Shown one piece after another: positions 21,729-30,690 of a stretch of 64,000 bases of DNA. The position numbers were made by a program, and so were the translations under genes. The notes beneath the pieces were generated by a model. The model had not been told where the DNA came from. It saw nothing but the letters and a program-made list of their open reading frames with translations, and did no database searches. Each line of letters starts with the position of its first letter. The first letter of the stretch is position 1. This DNA is from an uncultured Bacilli bacterium (GTDB lineage: Bacteria; Bacillota_I; Bacilli_A; RF39; UBA660): assembly GCA_944363715.1 (NCBI GenBank), contig CALVUX010000008.1, forward strand, positions 2,928-66,927. The letters are read 5' to 3'.

Positions 21729-21757
21729 TTGACAAAAAGTGATATATTTTCTAAAAT
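21729..21757 (+). promoter_or_regulatory. Sigma-A-type promoter for gpsB (TTGACA-17-TAAAAT)
   Basis: Consensus -35, exact 17-nt spacer, and a near-consensus -10. Confidence 0.55.
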
Positions 21758-21784
21758 AAGAGTGTAAAGGGATTGGTGATTTAG

Positions 21785-22117
21785 ATGTATCAGAATAAAA
21801 TAACTTTAACACCACAGGAAATTTTAGAAAAAGATTTTAAAATTGATACAAGAGGATATCGTCTTAAAGAAGTTGATCAGTTTCTTGATGTTATCATTGG
21901 TGATTATGAGCAGTTTTTTGCAATTATTGATAGTTTAGAAAAAGAAAAAGCTGAATTATTAAGAGAAATTATGGCTTTAAAACAAGATTTAAGAAATGCT
22001 AAGATGAATGTAGAAATTGCTAGAAAGAATACTGATACAACTGAAGTTAGTAATCTTGATATTCTAAGAAGACTTAGTCAACTTGAAAAAGAAGTTTACG
22101 GTAGAGATGATAATTAG
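21785..22117 (+). CDS. gpsB: Cell-cycle protein GpsB (DivIVA domain)
   Basis: LTPQEILEKDFKIDTRGYRLKEVDQFLD DivIVA-domain N-terminus. ~110 aa. Confidence 0.85.
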   Translation: MYQNKITLTPQEILEKDFKIDTRGYRLKEVDQFLDVIIGDYEQFFAIIDSLEKEKAELLREIMALKQDLRNAKMNVEIARKNTDTTEVSNLDILRRLSQLEKEVYGRDDN

Positions 22118-22119
22118 TA

Positions 22120-22458
22120 TTTTAGACAAGTGCTGGGATTAATTCCTAGAGGAAAGTCCATGCTCACACAGTCTGAGATGATTGTAGTGTTCGTGCTTAA
22201 GGAAAAAATAACTTAAGGTAGTGTTTAACACTAACGGCTTAGTCTTTACCTAAGGGTTTTCTATGGTAAAGGCTTATAAAGTGCCACAGAGACGAGTGTC
22301 TAGGAAACTAGATGAGTGAAACGCGGTAAACCCCACGAGTGAGAAACCCAAATTATGGTAGGGGAGCTTTAAGAAAAGAAATGAATTTTCTTAAGGACTA
22401 GAAATAGTAGATAAATACTTGTCACCTAGAAATAGGTACAGAACATGGCTTATTAAAT
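22120..22458 (+). ncRNA. rnpB: RNase P RNA, bacterial type B
   Basis: Conserved blocks GAGGAAAGTCCATGCTCACAC, AGTGCCACAG-GACG, AACGCGGTAAACCCC-CGAG-GAGAAACCCAAAT, GGTAGGGGA and ACAGAACATGGCTTA, all collinear with B. subtilis rnpB. It sits downstream of gpsB as in Bacillus. Confidence 0.85.
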
Positions 22459-22489
22459 ATTAATTATAAGATAGGAGATAGATAAGTCT

Positions 22490-22987
22490 ATGAAAGAGTT
22501 AGGATATTATCTAGAGGATACAAGAAGAAGTAATGGTGTTAGTTTAGAAGAAGCAGCGAGTGATTTAAATGTTGATGTTTCTTATCTTGAAAATATAGAG
22601 AGTGCTAATGTAAGGGCATTTAAAGATGTTTATTATATGAGAGAACTTGTTAGGGAATATGCTAAATATTTAGGACTTAGTGAGGAAAAGATTCAAGATG
22701 AGTTTAATGACTTTTTATTTGAACATACCTCTAAGATTTCTTTAGATGATATTATGGAAGCAAAGAAGAAAAAAGAAGAGGAAGAAAGATTAGAAAATAC
22801 AAAGAAGATTCAGTCCCCTTATACAAAAGAGTATAAAAGAAAAATAAAAAAGTTGCCATTTGTACTAGCTGGTGTTATTTTTTTACTGGCAATTATTATT
22901 TCAATAGTTGTTATTAAAACTATAAATAGAGAGCCTGCTTCTACAAGTGAATTGAAAGGAATAGAAGTTTATGAATACACCTACTAA
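22490..22987 (+). CDS. RodZ-like HTH-domain membrane protein (YmfM-like)
   Basis: N-terminal HTH LEDTRRSNGVSLEEAASDLNVDVSYLENIE plus a TM helix. It lies directly upstream of pgsA as in B. subtilis. Confidence 0.55.
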   Translation: MKELGYYLEDTRRSNGVSLEEAASDLNVDVSYLENIESANVRAFKDVYYMRELVREYAKYLGLSEEKIQDEFNDFLFEHTSKISLDDIMEAKKKKEEEERLENTKKIQSPYTKEYKRKIKKLPFVLAGVIFLLAIIISIVVIKTINREPASTSELKGIEVYEYTY

Positions 22988-23570
22988 ATTAACTGTTTTA
23001 AGAATTATATTATCTATTGTAATGATTATTATTTTAATCTTTCCATTTTATCTTGTAGGATTTAGTTTTCCACAGATTGAAGTTAGCGGTATCTATATAA
23101 AGACAGAATATATAATTGCAGGAGTTATTTTTGTAATAGCAAGTTTAACTGATTTCTTGGATGGGCATTTGGCTAGAAAAAATAATCAAGTTACTGACCT
23201 TGGAAAAATGTTAGATGCTATAGCTGATAAAGTTTTAGTAAATAGTGCTTTAATTATATTAGCTTATAAGGGATTTATTCCTGTTGCTATTCCTGTTATT
23301 ATTATATTTAGAGATACTGTTGTAGATGCTATTAAAATGCAAGCTTCTAGTAAGGGTAAAGTAGTTGCAGCGATTAAATCTGGTAAGATTAAAACTGCTT
23401 CAATGATGGTGGGATTAGTTTTAGTATTCTTTTATAATTTACCATTTGAACTTTGGAATATTAGAGTTGCTGATTTTCTAGTTTATTTTGCGACTATTAT
23501 GTCTATAATTTCTATGATAGAGTACTTTAATCTTAATAAAAAACTTATTTTAGAACCAAAAAATGATTAA
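22971..23570 (+). CDS. pgsA: CDP-diacylglycerol--glycerol-3-phosphate 3-phosphatidyltransferase
   Basis: CDP-alcohol phosphatidyltransferase motif DFLDGHLARKNNQVTDLGKMLDAIADK. Confidence 0.85.
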   Translation: MNTPTKLTVLRIILSIVMIIILIFPFYLVGFSFPQIEVSGIYIKTEYIIAGVIFVIASLTDFLDGHLARKNNQVTDLGKMLDAIADKVLVNSALIILAYKGFIPVAIPVIIIFRDTVVDAIKMQASSKGKVVAAIKSGKIKTASMMVGLVLVFFYNLPFELWNIRVADFLVYFATIMSIISMIEYFNLNKKLILEPKND

Positions 23571-23585
23571 TTTGGTTCTTTTTTT
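23552..23585 (+). terminator. Terminator of pgsA
   Basis: agaaccaaa / tttggttct stem followed by T6. Confidence 0.6.
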
Positions 23586-23634
23586 ATGTGAATTTTGAAA
23601 ATTTGGCCTAAAAATCAACTGAATTTTTAAAATT

Positions 23635-23647
23635 GAACTTTTGTTCG
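23635..23647 (+). promoter_or_regulatory. LexA/DinR SOS (Cheo) box GAACTTTTGTTCG upstream of recA
   Basis: Matches the Bacillota SOS-box consensus CGAAC-N4-GTTCG. It lies 9 bp upstream of the recA -35. Confidence 0.7.
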
Positions 23648-23655
23648 AAAAAAGC

Positions 23656-23684
23656 TTGACAATTTAAATTTTACTTTATACAAT
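23656..23684 (+). promoter_or_regulatory. recA promoter TTGACA-17-TACAAT
   Basis: Consensus -35, 17-nt spacer, good -10. Confidence 0.6.
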
Positions 23685-23715
23685 GGTATTGTAATTATTT
23701 TTTGAGGAGGACATT

Positions 23716-24738
23716 ATGAGTAAAATGACTAGTAAAGTTAATAAAGATAAAAATTTGGAGGCTGTTTTAGCTGATATAGAGAAGCAGTTTGGTAAGGGTG
23801 CTGTTATGAGACTTGGGGATAATCCTCATATGAAGTTAGATGTTGTATCTAGTGGTTGTTTAAGTCTTGATATTGCTTTAGGAATAGGTGGTTATCCTAA
23901 GGGACGTATTATTGAAATATATGGACCTGAATCTAGTGGTAAAACTACTTTTGCTCTTCAAGCGATTGCAGAAGTACAAAAGGCTGGAGGAAGAGCAGCA
24001 TTTATTGATGCAGAACATGCTCTTGATCCTGTTTATGCGAAAAGATTAGGTGTTAATACTAATGAACTTATCTTATCTCAACCTGATACTGGAGAACAAG
24101 CTTTAGAAATATGTGAGGCTTTGGTTAGAAGTGAAGCGGTTAGTATAATTGTAATAGATTCAGTAGCAGCACTTGTTCCTCAAGCAGAGATTGATGGTGA
24201 GATGGGGGATTCTCATGTTGGATTACAGGCTAGACTTATGTCACAGGCTTTACGTAAATTAAGTGGAACTATTAATAAGACTAATACAATTGCAATCTTT
24301 ATTAACCAATTAAGAGAAAAAGTAGGGGTTATGTTTGGTAATCCTGAGACTACTCCTGGTGGTAGAGCTTTAAAGTTCTATTCTACTATTAGACTTGATA
24401 TTAGACGTAATGAACAGTTAAAAATTGGGGATAAAGTTATGGGTAATAAAACGACAGTTAAGGTTGTTAAAAATAAAGTAGCACCTCCATTTAAAACTGC
24501 TGTTGTTGATATTATGTATGGAGAAGGTATATCTAAAGAAGGTGAACTTATTGATTTAGGTAGTGAAGCAGGTATTCTTGAGAAAACTGGTTCTTGGTAT
24601 TCTTATAATGGTGAGAAACTTGGTCAAGGTAAAGAGAATGTTAAGTTATTACTTAAAGATAAACCAGAGTTAAAAGAAGAGATAGAAGAAAAAGTAAGAG
24701 AGTATTATGGTATTAGTTTAGAAAAAACTAATGAATAA
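23716..24738 (+). CDS. recA: Recombinase RecA
   Basis: Walker [10 protein letters not shown], the L1/L2 loops, and full-length RecA similarity. Confidence 0.95.
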   Translation: MSKMTSKVNKDKNLEAVLADIEKQFGKGAVMRLGDNPHMKLDVVSSGCLSLDIALGIGGYPKGRIIEIYGPESSGKTTFALQAIAEVQKAGGRAAFIDAEHALDPVYAKRLGVNTNELILSQPDTGEQALEICEALVRSEAVSIIVIDSVAALVPQAEIDGEMGDSHVGLQARLMSQALRKLSGTINKTNTIAIFINQLREKVGVMFGNPETTPGGRALKFYSTIRLDIRRNEQLKIGDKVMGNKTTVKVVKNKVAPPFKTAVVDIMYGEGISKEGELIDLGSEAGILEKTGSWYSYNGEKLGQGKENVKLLLKDKPELKEEIEEKVREYYGISLEKTNE

Positions 24739-24835
24739 TTCTTGAATAATGGTGGATTATAAGATATAATTAATAATGATAAAGATAAGAAAGAAGGTAA
24801 AAGTATGAGAAAAATCTGTTTACAATGTGTTACCT

Positions 24836-24846
24836 GGGGGGGGGGG
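24836..24846 (+). repeat. G11 homopolymeric tract
   Basis: Eleven consecutive G in an AT-rich intergenic region. It lies within a 20-codon mini-ORF and is followed by a terminator hairpin (24902..24930). It is 110 bp upstream of the 24956 start codon. Confidence 0.9.
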
Positions 24847-24955
24847 CTTAAATTACCAAAATGGTAGTTTAAACAATACTTTCTTTCATTATGACTTGAA
24901 AGAATAGAGGCAAGTTCTATTCTTTTTATAGTGTAATAATGGAAGGAGTAAGAAA

Positions 24956-26464
24956 ATGAAAAAATTATTATTAGAAACAAGTTTTAGTAAGATATATATG
25001 ATAGTAATGATTATAATAACTCTATTAATATTAGGAGGCTATTTTTCATATGCTATGTTTACAGTGACAAAAGAGAAGAGTAATGCTATAAGTATAGTAA
25101 CAGGGAACTTAGAATATAAAATGACGATAGATGATGAAGAGTCTAATATAATAACAATACCTAAAGGAACTATAAGTGATTATGAAGTAGTTCTAACTAA
25201 CCCAAACAATAGAATAGCAAGATTTAATATAGCATATAAAGAAACAGAAGGAGTAATATTGGGTTATTTAGCAGATAGTGAAAATATACCTCCAACTTCT
25301 GTTGGGATAAATTTAGAGAAAGATGGAACTATAGGCTCTAGTAATATATATAATTTAAGAGTAAGAAATGAAACAAGTGAAGATGTAGAGATAGAACTAG
25401 TAGTAAAAGTAGGACTAGATTATAATGATTTAACTATAGATGAAGATAAAAGAACAATAGGGAAATATGAAGATATATCATTAAAAGATTATATTATGAA
25501 ATTAAGTAATGATGTAGATAATAGAGATTACAGTACAAGTAGTGAGTTCGAAAAGAGTCAGATGTATACCTTTAATCATACTGCTGGTTTACAACAATCT
25601 GGTTGGACTGATTCTGAGTTAATAGATTATAGATATATAGGAAATAACCCTAATAATTATATAAAGTTTAATGATGAGTTATGGTTAATAATCGGAATAT
25701 TTACAGTAGAAAAAAGTGATGGTAGTAAGGAATCACTTATTAAGTTAGTAAGAGATGATGTGATAGGTAATTTTGCATATGATAATAGAAATGAAAGTAC
25801 AGGTGCCACTACTTTTCAAGGTTCAAACGATTGGCCAACTTCTAGATTAATGAAACTACTTAATCCTGGTTATACTGGTGTAGGTGGTAGTCTTTATTAT
25901 AATAGTGGTAATGGTAGATGTTATTCTGGTCAAAATAATGCTACTGTACCTTGTGATTTTACTAATACTGGTATAAAAGATAAATATAAAGATTATATAG
26001 TGGATGTTAAATATTATTTAGCTGGTACAAATCCCAATAGTAATTCTGAATATGCAGATTATGACGGAAATGATTTTTATGAACTAGAAAGAAATAGTGA
26101 AATATATGGAAATAATAGTATATATTGGTATGGAAAGATAGGACTTATTTATCCAAGCGATTATGTTTATACTTTTGCTTATGGAGTTAATGATGAGTGT
26201 TTTAATAGAAATTTCTCTTGTAGTGGTAAAAATAGCTATACTTATTTTTTTAGAATGCCTTATAATTCTTCTGATTGGTATTGGACTTTAACACCTGCAA
26301 CTAATGTTTCTTATTCTAATATTTATGTTCACAGTTATGGTTATTTATATGGAGCGTATTATTCATGGGGAGAAGGTTCGGTTTGGCCAACTTTATATAT
26401 TGATTCCTCTCTTCTTGTTTTAAATGGTAATGGTAGTTATAATAATCCATATATTTTATCATAG
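24956..26464 (+). CDS. Secreted or membrane-anchored aromatic/Asn/Gly-rich protein (502 aa), function unknown
   Basis: N-terminal signal-anchor and a Y/W/N/G-rich C-terminal half. Confidence 0.5.
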   Translation: MKKLLLETSFSKIYMIVMIIITLLILGGYFSYAMFTVTKEKSNAISIVTGNLEYKMTIDDEESNIITIPKGTISDYEVVLTNPNNRIARFNIAYKETEGVILGYLADSENIPPTSVGINLEKDGTIGSSNIYNLRVRNETSEDVEIELVVKVGLDYNDLTIDEDKRTIGKYEDISLKDYIMKLSNDVDNRDYSTSSEFEKSQMYTFNHTAGLQQSGWTDSELIDYRYIGNNPNNYIKFNDELWLIIGIFTVEKSDGSKESLIKLVRDDVIGNFAYDNRNESTGATTFQGSNDWPTSRLMKLLNPGYTGVGGSLYYNSGNGRCYSGQNNATVPCDFTNTGIKDKYKDYIVDVKYYLAGTNPNSNSEYADYDGNDFYELERNSEIYGNNSIYWYGKIGLIYPSDYVYTFAYGVNDECFNRNFSCSGKNSYTYFFRMPYNSSDWYWTLTPATNVSYSNIYVHSYGYLYGAYYSWGEGSVWPTLYIDSSLLVLNGNGSYNNPYILS

Positions 26465-26628
26465 AAGAAATATTATCATAGAAAAAGAGAGTTTTCTTTG
26501 TAAATAAAGGAAATCTCTTTTTATTTTCTATGATAATACTTATAATACTTTCTACTGGCAAAGTGCTAGTAAAGAAAGGAGCGTGTATGAATGAATACAC
26601 TAGATTTTAAAACACAAATAAAAAATAT

Positions 26629-27809
26629 AAATCACTATTTGCACAGTGTGGCTAATTATACTATTAGCCATCTTTTTCTTTAGTTTCAAATAAATCTCTA
26701 TACTTCAAAGTGACTTTAGTATTTAATGCTAACTCTAATAATATGTTTACTTTTTCAAGTTTATTTCTAGGTTTACTATTCATAAAACAATACAAATTTA
26801 AATAGTCTTGTAAATTATCTCTATCAAAACCACTATGTGTATTTAAAAATTGTCTTATTAAATCACATTGATGATTTATAGGTCTAAGAGGATTCTCTTT
26901 GTCCGTTTTTGTCTTTAGCCATGCAGAACTATAACTTTCATCAACAAGTTTAAGTTCTTTAACAAGCTTACGATGAGCTTTTTCATCATCATGTATTAGT
27001 CTTGAATTTTCTTCAATATGATTTATAAAAGTTAATTTAGTTAGGTCGCTTGAAGTTTTTCCAAATCCTTCAACTATGGCTATAATATTAGTACCATCAT
27101 AACCAATACCAATACAATATTGATTACGTGATAATCCCCTTAATTTTTTACCATTTTTCTTTTCTATATCACACTTAATTACTGAGTAAAACATTTCATC
27201 TATATAAACTTTCCCTTTTAATACTATCCCATTTTGATATTCTCTTAAAAGTAAGAAAACTTTATTCAGCCAATAAGTAGAAGTATTAATACTATTTTTG
27301 TTTACTTTTGAAGTTAATGTTGTACTCCCATAATTGAATATATCTAATAGAAATTCTACCCATTCTGTTATAGATATTTTATGGTTTTCAAATATTGTAC
27401 CTGTAGTAGGAGAAAAACTTCTTTTACACTCATAACAGTAATATCTTTGTACTCCGTTTTTAGTAAAGCCATTTTTCTTTATTCTATCGCTATCACAATG
27501 TCTACAATTATTAATAGTAATGCTATTAATAACTTTTACTTCATCTGTATCAATTAATTTAGGATGTTTTAAATTGTAATTATCTTTATATTTATCTTGT
27601 ATAAAGTTTTCGATGATAGTAGTATCTTCTTTATTATCCCAAGGCGTACGTTGCCTTGAAGAATCAATTCTATTTTTCATTTCGGTGTCCTCTCTACATT
27701 AGTGAGTAACTGTATAGAGGACACCACATCACAATTACACAGTTACTCACTAATGTACAATTGTAATATAATTATACATTACTTAGCCGGACTGTGCAAA
27801 TAGTGATTT
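26629..27809 (-). mobile_element. IS1595-family insertion sequence (~1.18 kb)
   Basis: Terminal inverted repeats AAATCACTATTTGCACAGT[GT/CC]GGCTAA at 26629..26655 and 27783..27809. It contains a single transposase ORF. Confidence 0.75.
26664..27680 (-). CDS. IS1595-family transposase (N-terminal Zn-ribbon plus DDE domain)
   Basis: Zn ribbon CRHCDSDRIKKNGFTKNGVQRYYCYECKRSF, and a DDE-type core with YIDEM...HDDEKAH. Confidence 0.75.
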   Translation of the reverse strand: MKNRIDSSRQRTPWDNKEDTTIIENFIQDKYKDNYNLKHPKLIDTDEVKVINSITINNCRHCDSDRIKKNGFTKNGVQRYYCYECKRSFSPTTGTIFENHKISITEWVEFLLDIFNYGSTTLTSKVNKNSINTSTYWLNKVFLLLREYQNGIVLKGKVYIDEMFYSVIKCDIEKKNGKKLRGLSRNQYCIGIGYDGTNIIAIVEGFGKTSSDLTKLTFINHIEENSRLIHDDEKAHRKLVKELKLVDESYSSAWLKTKTDKENPLRPINHQCDLIRQFLNTHSGFDRDNLQDYLNLYCFMNSKPRNKLEKVNILLELALNTKVTLKYRDLFETKEKDG

Positions 27810-27953
27810 TTTTGTTTTAATAGTTCTTCAATATTTACCTTAATCATATATCTTTGTCTCCCATTAATAAAATTTTATATAAAAAGATAAATATAAATAA
27901 GATACTTGCATTACCCTTATATATTTTGTATACTGTGTTTAAGGTGAGTAGTT

Positions 27954-29021
27954 ATGTTTGAAAAGTATAAAGAGTTAGAGTTAAATTATTTAATTAGTAA
28001 AACTGATTTAGAAAATTGTATTAATACATTAGAAAAAAACTTGGTTATGAGTGATGTTGAAAAGAAAAAGGAGATAGATCTTAGAAGAGAACAATTTAAT
28101 CTTGCTAAAACTTCTTTTTTAGAATTTTACAGGATTAATAAGCAACAAATAATTAAGCAAGTGTTAGAAGAAAATATTCCTTTTTCGATTGATATAAAGA
28201 CTAGTAAATTAGAAAAAAATAATGTTTCTACTTTATATAAGAATGATGAAGAGCTAGATAAGATGTTTAATGATACAAAGAAAATTATTGATAACTTAAA
28301 TAATAGTAATAAAATTACTTCTGAATTGTATGAAGATATTATTGCATTTATGGATAATTATAAGAAAAAGTTAAGAGAGGAACGTGATATTGCCATAAAA
28401 GATAATCCAGAATTACTTTCTTCTAATAATGTTAGTGATAATATTATTTCTATTAATGATAAAATGAGTGAATTTAATAATGTTTTCTTTTCTTTGAGTT
28501 TAAAGATTATTTTGATAGATTTGCTTATTATGTTAATCGCTTATTTTGTTAATGGTGGTTCTTTGGCGGCTCTTATTTATAGTCTAAATCTATCATTTAT
28601 TATTTATCTTTTGATAATATTATTGATTTTTTATGCTTTTGAATTTCCTTTTATTTTGTTTTTAACATATAGATTATTATTTTCTAATTCTTTAGTAGAA
28701 GTTTCACAATTAAATAGTTTTTCTCAAAAAATAATTGATAGAAGTATGAAATTTACTAAAATTTGGTTTTTAGTTTTAGCTTTTATTTCAGTTAATTCCT
28801 TTTCTATAAATGTTTTATTTTTAAAATGGTTTGACTATTTAATCAATGAATTTGATATTGATTTGCCATATTTTTTTGTTAGATATATTTTTTATCCTTT
28901 GTCTTATGTTATACCGGTAGCATTAGTATTTGTTATTTTTTACTTGATATTTGGCAGTATTTTAAAAAAGTTTGTACTTAAACATTTATTCTTTTATTTT
29001 GCTAATAAAAGTTATAAATAA
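27954..29021 (+). CDS. Hypothetical membrane protein (coiled-coil N-terminus, polytopic C-terminus)
   Basis: ORF with multiple hydrophobic helices. Confidence 0.45.
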   Translation: MFEKYKELELNYLISKTDLENCINTLEKNLVMSDVEKKKEIDLRREQFNLAKTSFLEFYRINKQQIIKQVLEENIPFSIDIKTSKLEKNNVSTLYKNDEELDKMFNDTKKIIDNLNNSNKITSELYEDIIAFMDNYKKKLREERDIAIKDNPELLSSNNVSDNIISINDKMSEFNNVFFSLSLKIILIDLLIMLIAYFVNGGSLAALIYSLNLSFIIYLLIILLIFYAFEFPFILFLTYRLLFSNSLVEVSQLNSFSQKIIDRSMKFTKIWFLVLAFISVNSFSINVLFLKWFDYLINEFDIDLPYFFVRYIFYPLSYVIPVALVFVIFYLIFGSILKKFVLKHLFFYFANKSYK

Positions 29022-29115
29022 ATTATTCATTGACAACATTAAATTTAAAACTTACAATAGAATTAGATTATAGTTTAGATTTTTATTTAAAGTATATATC
29101 TAATGGAGGTATAAT

Positions 29116-30669
29116 ATGAATGAAATGTTACTCTCCATTTTACTTATAATTTTTGGATTAGTTTGTGGTTTTGGATTAACTTTTTTAGTTGCTTATATAA
29201 GAGAAGGGACAACTTCTAAAAAAATAGATAAAATGTTAAGTGATGCAGAGAAAAATGCTGATAAGATAAAACGCGATGCTGTTATGGAAGCGAAAGAGAA
29301 GAGTTATCAGTTAAAACTTGAAGTAGATAAAGATATTAAAGAGAAGAAATCAGAACTTAAAGATAGTGAGAATAAGCTTTTACAAAGAGAAGCTAGTCTA
29401 GATAAAAGAGATGAACTTTGTCAAAGACGTGAATCTACTTTAGATGAGAGAGAAGAAAAGTTAATTCAAAGACAGAAAGATATTCAAGAAAAAGAAGCAA
29501 AAGTGGAGAAAATTAAGAAAGAACAAATTAATTTGCTTGAAGAAATTTCAGGTTATAGTAAAGAGAAAGCTCATGACTTGATTATGAAAAATGTTAAAGA
29601 GTCTATGAAAAGAGAAATTGCTATTTATATTAGTGAACAAGAAAATGATGCTAAGATGACTGCTGATAAGAAAGCACAGGAAATGATTGTTAGTTCTATG
29701 CAGAAATATGCAGCAGATATTGCTAGTGATCAAACAGTTACTGTTGTTAGTTTGCCTAATGATGAGATGAAAGGTAGATTAATTGGTAGAGAAGGAAGAA
29801 ATATTAGAACTATAGAGGCAGTTACTGGTGTTGATCTTATTATTGATGATACACCTGAGGCTGTTGTATTGTCTAGTTTTGATCCTTTAAGAAGAGAGAT
29901 GGCTAGATTAACTCTTGAAACTTTAATAAAAGATGGAAGAGTTCATCCTACAAGAATTGAAGAAGTTTATGATAAAGTATGTAAGGAGACTAAAGAGAAG
30001 ATACTTGAGTATGGAAATAGTGCTTTGTTTGAACTTGGTATTACTAAGATGGCTCCTGAATTAATAGAAATAATTGGTAGACTTCATTTTAGGACTAGTT
30101 ATGGACAAAATGCTTTACAACATTCAATTGAAGTTGCTAATTTAGCAGGTCTTATGGCAGGGGAGATTGGTGAAGATGTATCTCTTGCTAAAAGAGCTGG
30201 ACTTTTACATGATATTGGTAAAGCAGTTGATCATGAGATTGAAGGAAGTCATGTTAGTATAGGTGTTGAACTTGCTAAAAAATATGGAGAAAATGATGTT
30301 GTAATTAATGCTATAGCATCTCATCATGGAGATAGTGAAGCAACATCTGTTATTTCTACTTTAGTTGCTGTTGCTGATGCTCTTTCTGCTAGTAGGCCTG
30401 GGGCAAGAAATGATTCGTTAGAGAATTATGTTAAGAGATTAACTCAACTAGAAGCAGTTGCTAATGATATAGATGGTGTTTCTAAAGCATATGCTATGCA
30501 AGCAGGAAGAGAGTTAAGAGTTATAGTAGAACCAGATGAGATTGATGACTTAGAAGCTCATAGAGTAGCTCGTGATATTAAAGAAAAAATTGAATCTACT
30601 TTAAACTATCCTGGTACTATTAAGATAACAGTAGTAAGAGAGACTAGGGCAGTTGAAGAAGCAAAATAA
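29116..30669 (+). CDS. rny: Ribonuclease Y
   Basis: N-terminal TM helix, coiled coil, KH domain ([22 protein letters not shown]) and HD domain ([13 protein letters not shown]...LHDIGK). Confidence 0.9.
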   Translation: MNEMLLSILLIIFGLVCGFGLTFLVAYIREGTTSKKIDKMLSDAEKNADKIKRDAVMEAKEKSYQLKLEVDKDIKEKKSELKDSENKLLQREASLDKRDELCQRRESTLDEREEKLIQRQKDIQEKEAKVEKIKKEQINLLEEISGYSKEKAHDLIMKNVKESMKREIAIYISEQENDAKMTADKKAQEMIVSSMQKYAADIASDQTVTVVSLPNDEMKGRLIGREGRNIRTIEAVTGVDLIIDDTPEAVVLSSFDPLRREMARLTLETLIKDGRVHPTRIEEVYDKVCKETKEKILEYGNSALFELGITKMAPELIEIIGRLHFRTSYGQNALQHSIEVANLAGLMAGEIGEDVSLAKRAGLLHDIGKAVDHEIEGSHVSIGVELAKKYGENDVVINAIASHHGDSEATSVISTLVAVADALSASRPGARNDSLENYVKRLTQLEAVANDIDGVSKAYAMQAGRELRVIVEPDEIDDLEAHRVARDIKEKIESTLNYPGTIKITVVRETRAVEEAK

Positions 30670-30690
30670 AAATAGAGTTTTGGTTGAACT

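Noticed and set aside
21544-21735. Minus ORF (63 aa), and a 40-codon plus ORF (MVILMNNNDVILILSGLSNKIREALMIRDAEVLLEKIDKK) upstream of gpsB
   Set aside because: Both lie in the divergent promoter region. The plus ORF overlaps the predicted gpsB promoter and has no convincing SD. It cannot be excluded as a small protein, but there is no support.
27810-27817. Target-site duplication of the IS1595 element
   Set aside because: The flanking 8-mers (aaaaatat versus ttttgttt) are not direct repeats. The insertion may be old, or the boundary may be off by a few bases.
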